Part shown: positions 11,456-20,000 of the stretch, in pieces
Layout: each line of letters opens with the position of its first letter
Numbering within the stretch: position 1 is the stretch's first letter
Source of the DNA: Trichodelitschia bisporula
Taxonomy: Eukaryota
Assembly: GCA_010356995.1 (NCBI GenBank)
Contig: ML996688.1
Span: 1,886,561 to 1,906,560 of the forward strand
DNA length: 20,000 bases
Direction: 5' to 3'
Made by a program: the position numbers and the translations under genes
The notes under the pieces: generated by a model
What the model was told of the DNA's origin: nothing
Database searches by the model: none
What the model saw: the letters and a program-made list of their open reading frames with translations, nothing else

Positions 11456-13175
11456 ATGCCCGGCGATGATAACAACTACGGGTTCGATGGGAATCCAGAT
11501 ATTTACGGCATTGGTATGGCCCAAGGCCCTTCTCTCCGCCTCGCTCCTTGACTGATCGCCGGTGAACAGGAATCCGCGTGGGATACTACACGCAGGCGCT
11601 CACGATATGGGTTGCCAATCTTTGGGCTCCGCAGGAGGCGCCCTTCACTCAGTCGGTCACAATACAGTTCCTGGTAGCGCTCCTCGTCGGCGTGTGCGTA
11701 CTGTGTCGAAACCCGACTGATACATACGCCGTGGAGCCATATATGCTAATGCAAGTGGCTTACTACGTAAGTCAAGTTGGCTGACCGAAATTCATTCGCC
11801 TCTGATCCCGCAGACCATGACCATGAGCTTCCTCGGCCGCCCAACGCCCGAGCTGCTCATCTGGGATGTCCACTACAAGTCGCGCTTCATCCTTGACGGA
11901 ATTTATCTCGGGATGAGCAGCTTTGATCTGTGGTTTTGGTGGTTTGGTGTATACCAGCTTAAGCCAACCGCGACACCTCAAGGAACGCCGGTCTTCTTTG
12001 TATATTTTGGCCAGACGGACCTCTTTGGCTGGGTCCGCTACGTCGCCCGCGAGGTCAACGTCATGTCTCTGCTGCTCATCATGCTTGATATGCTATGTGT
12101 ACTCATCTACAGACGAATGCAGAAGCGCCTCGACCATTCCGTCACGCCGGCCAAACTCAAAGAGCAGGCGGCGGCGTGGCTGGAGATGCACCAGCGGCGC
12201 CCCGCCGTCAAGTCTCCCAGCGACAACGATGATCCGATCTCGCGAGATCGGTCACAAGCTCCATCGCGGGCCTCAGGAGGCGGAAAAGACATCCGGGGCG
12301 AAAGCACTAAAGAATTGGAGCTAGGCCTCCGTGAGACCTGGGCCACTGCTCCGCCACCCTATCACCCGCGACGAACGCACACCGGCCTCCTGAAGCGAGT
12401 CATGTTTGGCCGTAGCGGATTGAATGCCCAGCTGATCAACAAGCCGCCAACTGTCTGCACCACGACCTATACGCCCTGTTTGGCCAACCTTTTTGCGGCG
12501 GAAGAGCTGCTGGAGAACATTAATCCGCCCCCGCCGAAGCGGAGCGTCTGGATGCGACGGCTGCGGGGCTTGAGTATGCCATTCCGGGCCATGTTCCTCT
12601 TCTTCCGCCTGCTGCTGAGCCTCACTACGCATCGTGTTCGCCCCGGAATTATCTTCGCGCTGCTCTCACACCAACGCAATCTTGGCTGTAGCTGCCGTAC
12701 CAATTCCTCGGCTAGCGTGCGCCTCGCCCTGACCCAACCCGCTTACGCGGATCCGAGCATCCATGCTGCCGATATCATGTTGGCATCACGCTTGCATCTG
12801 GCGCTACACCCCCCTGCGGCTCCAACACGGGCAGACACTTTGCGGTGGGCGTGGTCACAGTTTTCAGCTTGCAGCATCTTGGTGATCGGCACAGAGTTGA
12901 CGATTCAGTGGAACTACATCAAGGGCGTGCAGACGATCGCAAACGTCGGGCAGATGGTGCCTTTCGCCATTGGCGTCTGTGGGCTCACCAAAGTGGTGTG
13001 GGTCGCGCTGTGCGATGCGGCGAAGGGACGCGTCGTCACGGAGGAAGAGCGCGCGTACCGCTTCGGGGGTTTCACTGTGACTGTGGAGCGCAAGGCATGG
13101 GTGGAGGCGGCAGAGGCGTGGGACGCGGCGCGCACAGAGTACCTGCGGCAGGTCCGCAGCGAACAGGGCGCTTGA
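11456..13175 (+). CDS. Uncharacterised fungal multi-pass membrane protein; exons 11456-11513, 11570-11766, 11814-13175
   Basis: Two canonical introns join MPGDDNNYGFDGNPDIYGIGIRVGYYTQ to the 452-aa ORF. Several hydrophobic segments; C-terminal ELTIQWNYIKGVQTIANVGQMVPF. Both motifs resemble ones I recall from hypothetical ascomycete membrane proteins. Confidence 0.85.
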
Positions 13176-13250
13176 CATTGGCACGAATGATGATGCACGA
13201 TTAAACGAATGTATTAAAGCCATATGAGCGAAGTTAAGGTGCCAGTGACC

Positions 13251-15193
13251 TCAGTGGAACTTGTTGCGATCCGCAAACTCCGAGTTCTCAAGGTAGACCT
13301 CGATCTTGTTCGTCATCTTGTGGTCCACATCGGCACAGCACAGCGACGCAATGATACCGACGATGCCGAAGGCGAGAGACACGTACGCGATGAGCCTGGG
13401 TGGTTAGCAGATGCCGTGAGAAGGGAGAGAAGAGAACGTACTGTAAGCCATGCCGCGTCGCCTCCTGGTACGCCTCGAAGACGGCGGCGGCGACGTTCGC
13501 CGGGTACTTGGCCGCAAGCTCGGCAGTCCCGACGAGCGGCAGCAGATTGGGAAGGTCGCTCTCGGCCACGCCGGCAGCCATGGCCGCCTTGGGTACCAGC
13601 TTACCGACCCACTTTGTGACGGTGTTGGTCTGCACGGCGAGGTACACGGCCTGGGCGACTGTGAAGGTCAGCGAAGAGTGTGGGACAAGCGGAGAAGGTA
13701 CTTACTCGTGCCGCCAGCAAAGCGCACGCAACCCGAGAGCCCTCCGGAGATGCCCAACTGCTCCTGCTTGACGCCCATCTGCGTGATCGCGATGCAGAGA
13801 TAGATGGACCAGCCGTACCCGACCAGGCTGAGAAACAGGAAAGCAATCATCATGCCCATGTTGTCCTTGTTCCCGAGCGCCATCAGAGACCCGAAGATGA
13901 CCATAACTGTGATGGCAACCGTTTGCTGCCACTGCCAGTGGCGGATCTTGGATCCGAAGATCGACAGCAGCACGCCGCCCAGCGTGATGGCCAGGCCCTG
14001 GGGGAGCGACAGAACCGATGCCCGCCGCCAGTCTGTGGGATCCGAAACGTAAAAGACTGCGATCATGGTCGGCCAGATGATGCTGGCAGAATAGTAGAAC
14101 ATGTTGATGATGGCCAGCGCGATGCACGGCGCCGTAAATTCGCGCCCATAGTTGCTCGTGAACACCGACGGCGGCGTCAGCGGATGCTTTGCGTTGCCAA
14201 ACGTCTCATAGCACGCAAAGACCGCCAAAACGATGAAGCCGACAACCAGCGGTGCCACGACATGCGCGTCCGTCGATGGGTACACGGAGACCCAAACAAT
14301 ACCCAGCAGCACAGGGAGCGAGCCTGCAATGAAGAGGAACATGCCGAGGTAGTCCATCTCGCGGAACACCTGCCCGAACGGGATACCGAGCGGGTGCGCC
14401 GGCGGGTAGTACAGCAGGTAGAGTCCGAGGCACGACAGCGCCTGGCAGATGGCCGACGCATAAAAGTTGCCCCGCCAGTCGCCCACATAGTAGCCGTACC
14501 GCGCCGTCACGGGGATGAGCGTGATGGTGACGTAGACCGCCGCGTCTGCAAGCACGACGCCGATGTGCCGCCATTTGTTCGGGAGCAGTTCCGTCAACGC
14601 AAAGGTCGCCATCTGGCACAGTGCCGCCCCAAACCCGGTGACGGCCATGCCCGCAATGAGTGTTGCCGCGTTCTGGGAGTTGCCGACGATAAGGTGGCCC
14701 ACGCAGCAGATGAGGTTGCCGGCGATGAGGAACCACCGCCGCCCGAGGAGATCGGTGTTCGCACCACTGAGTATGTCAGTAGATGCGCCTGGCGCAATGG
14801 CAAGGAGGACTCACGCAATCATGAAGCAGATGGTGATGGAGACGATCCATGCCGAGACGTACCAGACATAGCTGGTTGGTTCACCGAAGTCGGCCGCAAT
14901 GTCTGATGGTTGATGGTCAGCGTCCACGCCACGGTCATGATGCAGAGCCACTCACTGGGGCCAACCGCCGCCATCACCGGCACAGGAACGAAGGAAAACC
15001 CATAGCCCATGGAGAGAATCTAACGGTCAGCGAGGCCGAGTGCTTGGGGGAGCCAGCATACAAACACCACAACCCATGTCTTGGCCGTCACCACGGGCTC
15101 CAACTCCACCTCCTCGTCAGTGCTCTGCTTCGACCCCTTCTCCATCTCGACGTCCAGGTGGGTCGGAGGCGCGTCTTTTTCCACTGCAGCCAT
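13251..15193 (-). CDS. MFS transporter, fungal trichothecene efflux pump (Tri12-like) family; introns 15061-15020, 14955-14903, 14814-14767, 13705-13659, 13441-13396
   Basis: Spliced product has an MFS motif-A-like GANTDLLGRRWF, plus ELLPNKWR, YYPPAHP, MDYLG, YPSTDAHVVAPLVVG and a C-terminal KMTNKIEVYLEN, with about 14 hydrophobic segments. Five GT-AG introns keep the frame. Confidence 0.9.
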
Positions 15194-15889
15194 GGTGAAA
15201 TTTTTCGATCGTGCGACCCCAAAGGCAAGCGGGGCGAAGCCATTTGTACTCACGCCCGCCTGGGTCCAGATTGCCGTCCGATGGGGCCAGTTTCCCCGGA
15301 TTTTTCACCGGCTAGCTGGTGGTCGGGTATCGATTGCCTCCACGTCGCATGCCAGTGCCATGGAGATGGTGCAGTGCCAACACTTGGTGACTCGCGTGGC
15401 TCATCGCACTGTCAGCATCTTGACGCACTAGGCGGAGAAGTACATCCGAGCCCGAAAGTGACCGCAAATCGCTAGATCCAGACCGCGACTCACCAATCCA
15501 CAAGCTGCCGCCGGCTAAGGACTTGATGACTATGCCAGATCGGTGATTAAGGCTAACGATGCAGGGGAATTACAGAAGCATTACATCCCGCTTGGTGTTG
15601 GCGTTGGTGGAGATGGTGGGGGGAGCGCTCCGATGGCGCGGGTACCCCAGCTTTTCCCCCGCAAATGATCGACGGCGCGTGAACTGTCGGCTTAGCGATA
15701 GGTTGGTTCGACTTTTGGGAATGCTAAATTTGACGTTCGAGAAGCCGTCGCAACCACATTTTCTTGGAGAGTCATCCAGCCGTTAAACTGCAGTAAAAGT
15801 GTTTCTCTGTTCATGCACCGTAATACATAATATTTTTACATCAGATGGTGGTTGTAGCTTTTGCTATTACCACCCAGCTTGCTTCGCAG

Positions 15890-15947
15890 TTACCCGGTAC
15901 TGCCGTGATTACCCGGCACTGATGTGATTACCCAGCACTAAAAGTGA
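15890..15947. repeat. Three imperfect 19-nt tandem repeats, TTACCCRG.ACT...GTGA
   Basis: ttacccggtactgccgtga (15890), ttacccggcactgatgtga (15909), ttacccagcactaaaagtga (15928). Confidence 0.85.
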
Positions 15948-16471
15948 AGATTCTTGTCCGCATCTTCACACCTCCCAAGGGTTCCACGACAGGCCGCACC
16001 AGCGGGCTTGATTGGCTGATGGAACTGGTACGACTGGTTAATATGTTAAATTTGTGGCGGCAACCTGGGGTGCCTGGAGTGGAGCCAGGAGACAGGGGTC
16101 GTCTCCTGTCACCGTCAACAATCACGCATGCACGATCAAGATGAGGGTAAGACGTAGATTGTAAAGCTACGGAGCAAAGATGTCAGGGACTGCGGGTGAG
16201 TAGGCCTGGTGAGTGTGAATGTGGCGGCTTGGCACAGCGCCAAGCGCCATACAAACCCGGTGATGGTGCGAGCCCATGAAGCAGCAGAAACCGGGTGTCA
16301 TACCGTGACATCTCCTGGCGAGGTATATAGCCAACTCACTTCCCACTGCTAGTCAATTAAGTAACTCAGTCATGTTCACACTTCATTTTAACATAATAAG
16401 TAGGCGGCATCCCACTACCATCCCTTCCAAGGTTCCATAAGTTTTTACAGCCGCCACTAATGTACTACGTA

Positions 16472-16596
16472 CGTTAGGGGTCCAAGGACCCAGCCCGGAA
16501 AAGTAATGGCACCGCCCCCGCGGCGTTTTGTGAGGCATGGCCAGTGAACCGGGAGAGGAATCATTACTTTTCTGGGTGGACTTTGGACCCCTAACA
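16472..16596. mobile_element. Putative MITE or DNA-transposon remnant, 125 bp, with ~35-bp imperfect terminal inverted repeats flanked by TA
   Basis: Left arm gttaggggtccaa-ggacccag-cccggaaaagtaatg (16473-16508); right arm reverse complement gttaggggtccaa-agtcca-cccagaaaagtaatg (16562-16595). TA at 16470-71 and 16597-98. Confidence 0.6.
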
Positions 16597-18008
16597 TATA
16601 TTCGCCCTGGTACCGTAGTACTACGTACCATGCTGACGTACGCAATGCATGTGGCTTCTGGAGTGCACTCAGTCCGATTTAGGACTCTTGAACCAACTGT
16701 CCCTGCGACCACAGGTATATAAATGCTACGCCCCAGTCAAAGTCTACAGTAATTCATCACAATCCATCAACCTCAACTCGAATAATCACACCTCGAAAAA
16801 ATGGCAAAGGACATGTCTGATTCCGCCTCCAGGTGGTCCATGGGTGGCCTTAGACACGATCATCAAATATCTCAATTCCTCGAAAGAGAGGCAATCGCGC
16901 CTGACCCAATCGCACCCGACCCCAAAAGCAGTCGACAGCGACGAGCTTCGCGCTGAACGGCTGAAGGAGCAGGAGGAAATCTTCGAGTACCTTTGCACGA
17001 GTGGATAGGTAGGATGAGAACCCAATATGCTTTAGAATCGCGACTATTTCATGGTAGACTGGCTGATGTAAAGACGGGGCGTAAGGCACAAAGGCACCAA
17101 ACAAGTACTGTCAAGACACTCATGAGTATGGAAGGCATCGCTTGTATTCTGGAAGGGACCCATCTGTGAGTTGGGCAGGGAGTGACGGTCAACACTAGGC
17201 CTAGGGGCAGGTATTGACCAGGACAGTGGAAGGTGATATGGAAGGCGATATGGGACTACTGTTTGCATACTGCTGAGGGCCTCGCGACGCTGCTGTCTTC
17301 TTTATCCTTTTCCAACCTTTTGAAAAGCTTACTTGCGCTTTGCCTATGGCTGAGCGTTGCCTACATCACCTACCCTCCATCAATGATTTCGCCCACTCAA
17401 GCCGCCATCAACAGTTGCAGGTTCCAGCATTGGGTCCTAAACTCCAGCGGACTGCGAACCATCCTCCCAATGCCGAGGCATTCAAGCTATGCACAGCTAG
17501 CCTCAAACAAGGAGAGCACCGGACGGGTTCGTAGGTGCTTAGATCTACTCAGCGTCGTCTAACAATGCTGATCGCTGGTGGTGTCCAGTCTGGAGTGGTG
17601 GGGCAGATGAAAGTGGGGCTCGCGCAAGCGCAGGCGCAAGCGCGACCGCGCGCAATCTGCTCCACGAGCGCAGAGTTGATGCATCCGATCCCCCACACTC
17701 CTCGCCGTCGGCGAGTTGTTTCCGGACCAGGTCGACGACGCGCTAGATCCAGCCGCTGCTCTGCGCGCCGGGCTGCAGGCTGTCGACTAGCCCGCCGGCC
17801 TCGTCGATGTGCCAGCGGTCGCGCTTGCCGTCGGACGTGGCGATGCCGCCTCTGCCCTTCCAGTTACACACTGAGTTTGTTAAAAGTTTTGGCGGAAGTG
17901 CTCAAAGAATTGTGTGAGAAAAGATTGATTGCCCAGCTTGTTGCCTTCTCTAGTTTACAGAATGAACAGTATATATCCGTGATGGGTCTCCAGGATGTTC
18001 CTGAACTT

Positions 18009-18054
18009 CATCGGACTTCCAGCGTCGTCCATCGGACTTCCGGCGTCGTCCATC
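18009..18054. repeat. 21-nt tandem duplication
   Basis: catcggacttccagcgtcgtc / catcggacttccggcgtcgtc / catc. Confidence 0.9.
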
Positions 18055-18484
18055 TTCGCCACTTCGGTGTTCGCCGTGCCAAGCCTGCCTTTCCGGGTAA
18101 CACGACATCGGGTATGCCGACAAAAAGGAGGTGTGAGATTAATGGAAACATCACAGCATCACAAGTTAGACCGAAGGTCTGTCCATGAACAAGTTGCTTA
18201 ATTGTCAAAGAGGTGGGGATCCCGAGTCTACTTAGACTCGAGCCCTGTGGCTGAAACTGGGTAAGGCTGAACACAGCCACCGCTTTCCAACACTTGGAGT
18301 ATTGCGATGAGTTGGTCGAATTCCTGCAACCTGACTATCTGCTGATATATATACATAAAGAGTGTCGAATGCACTTGCATAAACAGAAAGAACTAGAGCA
18401 TATTCGAACTCAATGATATACCAATCTGATCCTTCTCGCCCCTTTGAACACTTTTCGGCGCAATGTTTTGATGGGGTGTGGTTA

Positions 18485-18590
18485 GTCAAGCAGTCAATCG
18501 CTTAAGCAGTCAATCGATCAAGTAGTCAAGCAATGAAGCAGTCAATCGATCAAGCAGTCAATCGATCAAAAGCAGTCAAGCGATCAAACA
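18485..18590. repeat. Minisatellite, 16-nt period (TCAAGCAG-TCAATCGA, two related 8-mers), about 6 units
   Basis: AAGCAGTCAATCG at 18488, 18504, 18536 and 18552, with variants at 18520 and 18570. Confidence 0.9.
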
Positions 18591-18630
18591 GCTCAAACGC
18601 TTATCAAGCCGCTCTTCATTAAACCGCTGA

Positions 18631-19300
18631 TCAAGCAGCTCTTAAATCGTTCATCTGGGTAGCTTGAACCTGAACGGCTGGCCCGATCTGAACGGTTGGC
18701 TGAACCACGGGCTGCTGGACCGTGACTGCTGGCCGAACCTGAGCAGGCTGGACCGAACGGTTGGCCGAGTCTGAACAGGCTGCTGGACCTGGATGACAGG
18801 CCGGACCGGCTTCCGAACCGTCACTTGGATGCTGCCTAGTATGTCCGGCGCTGGCGTCATCTGGGGCTTCGGCTCCACCTGAATCGTCTCGCCCTGGGGT
18901 GGACCTTTGCCATGTGGCGTAGACACACGCCGCACCGGCGGCATCACGACATGGGCCGTCTTCCGCAGCTTCTCGGCCACAGCGGGACAGTGGTGCGCAA
19001 CATGGGCCTTGTCGGAGACCAGCCTTGTCGAACAGGCTCAACCGGAGCGGTTCGCGGGCGCTGACCCGTCGGCTCGACAACGCCGGCAGCCCCGCAGAAC
19101 TGTATTCGGTGAGGGCGCCGGGATGCAGCAGCTGGCGTAGCTTGGGGAGTGACTGCTCGAGCAGCTGGGATGTACGGTGCGGGTTCTGCGCCTCGGTGTC
19201 CACGTCGAGCGGTGGGTGGGCGCGGCGCCGCTCGAGACCGCTGGGGTACACGACGGGCGGCACGGCGGGACCGGCTAGCTACTCGCCTTCCCGCTAGCAG
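18631..19300 (-). pseudogene. Frameshifted Pro/Gln/Val-rich coding relic, possibly retrotransposon gag-like
   Basis: VQ/QP-rich text continues across two frames (..IQVQQPVQTRPT / VQPAQVRPAVTVQQPVVQPTVQ..). An H-x4-C-P (HVAHHCP, 19004-18984) could be half of a CCHC knuckle. Confidence 0.3.
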
Positions 19301-19636
19301 CCAGTGCGTGCGGTCCAACGGGTTCCACGATGAGCTCTGACGCAGCAGCAGCAGGCGCGGATCGCGGTGAACAACATTCGCGGTGGCAGAGGCGGGGGCT
19401 AGGAACGCCGGGGGGCAGGTAGGGGAAGTTAATGGGTGTTATGGGGGTGGTGGCGGTCTTCGACGACCTCCGCACCGCCTCCCGTGCTGTGCTGCCAGTC
19501 AAATTCTACGCCGCGCCCGACTCCACAACCCTTTTGTGCTTATGGATCCACACGGTCGGGAGATGGTTTGAGCGGCGGCGCACTCCATTCCTCTATCGGA
19601 GTCAATGAGTCGCCGCCCCGACAACGCGAGTGCGTC

Positions 19637-19723
19637 CATACCGGGGAAAAGCCGTTTGCCTGTGAATGTGGCGAGAAATTTTACCAACGTGGGAACCTTC
19701 GCCAGCCACAAGCGAAGTATCAT
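19637..19723 (+). pseudogene. Degenerate C2H2 zinc-finger fragment
   Basis: HTGEKPFACECGEKFYQRGNLRQPQAKYH has a canonical TGEKP linker, two Cys, Phe and Leu, but Pro stands where the first His ligand is expected. No intact upstream finger in frame. Confidence 0.6.
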
Positions 19724-19936
19724 GAGTATCGGAAGGGTCATATCTCAATTAAGCGGGGGCGCCTGTTAGGACCCCTGTTCCGTCTCCGCAGCGTCACCTC
19801 TGTCTGAACGTGACTCAGGCAACGCTATCCCACACTCCGATTATCGCGTGGGGTGACTAGCGAGCTGAGTGCGGGGTTGTACCGTGGCGGGGGAAGGGAG
19901 ACGAGCTGAGGCAGTGGCGCAGGTGGCGACTGGGCT

Positions 19937-20000
19937 GGTGGCACGGGTGAAGTTGGTGGCGCGGGTGGAGTTGGTGGCGCGGGTGGAGTTGGTGGCGCGG
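19937..20000. repeat. 18-nt tandem repeat GGTGGCGCGGGTGGAGTT running off the right edge
   Basis: Units start at 19937, 19955, 19973 and 19991. The minus strand reads (PAPPTP)n in one frame, which ends at the TAG at 19827-19825. Confidence 0.9.

Noticed and set aside
13680..14906. 408-aa plus-strand ORF
   Set aside because: Antisense shadow caused by GC-rich codon usage of the MFS gene.
15300..20000. Starship or autonomous transposon
   Set aside because: No tyrosine recombinase (DUF3435), DDE transposase, RT or integrase motifs are visible in the window.

Overview
Eukaryotic, intron-containing DNA from a filamentous ascomycete (Pezizomycotina-like genes; GT-AG introns with CTRAC-type branch sites, nearly all 41-61 nt). 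From about 0.8 to 15.2 kb the window is gene-dense. It holds mitochondrial ribosomal protein mS33/RSM27 (+), a ~547-aa orphan with a possible degenerate trypsin-like His/Asp/Ser triad (-), an 88-aa RNase K/V-ATPase subunit f-like membrane protein (+), Elongator subunit ELP3 (-), succinyl-CoA ligase alpha subunit (+), AP-2 mu subunit (+), an uncharacterised multi-TM fungal protein (+) and a Tri12-like MFS transporter (-). From about 15.3 to 20 kb no intact gene is recognisable. That stretch carries a 125-bp TIR element (MITE-like), several short tandem repeats, a frameshifted Pro/Gln/Val-rich ORF with a possible zinc-knuckle remnant and a degenerate C2H2 zinc finger, so it looks like a decayed accessory or TE-derived region. 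Gene models were spliced by hand and family calls rest on motif recognition, not database searches. I cannot show a new multi-gene system from the sequence. The best leads are the protease-like orphan and the relic-rich right end.
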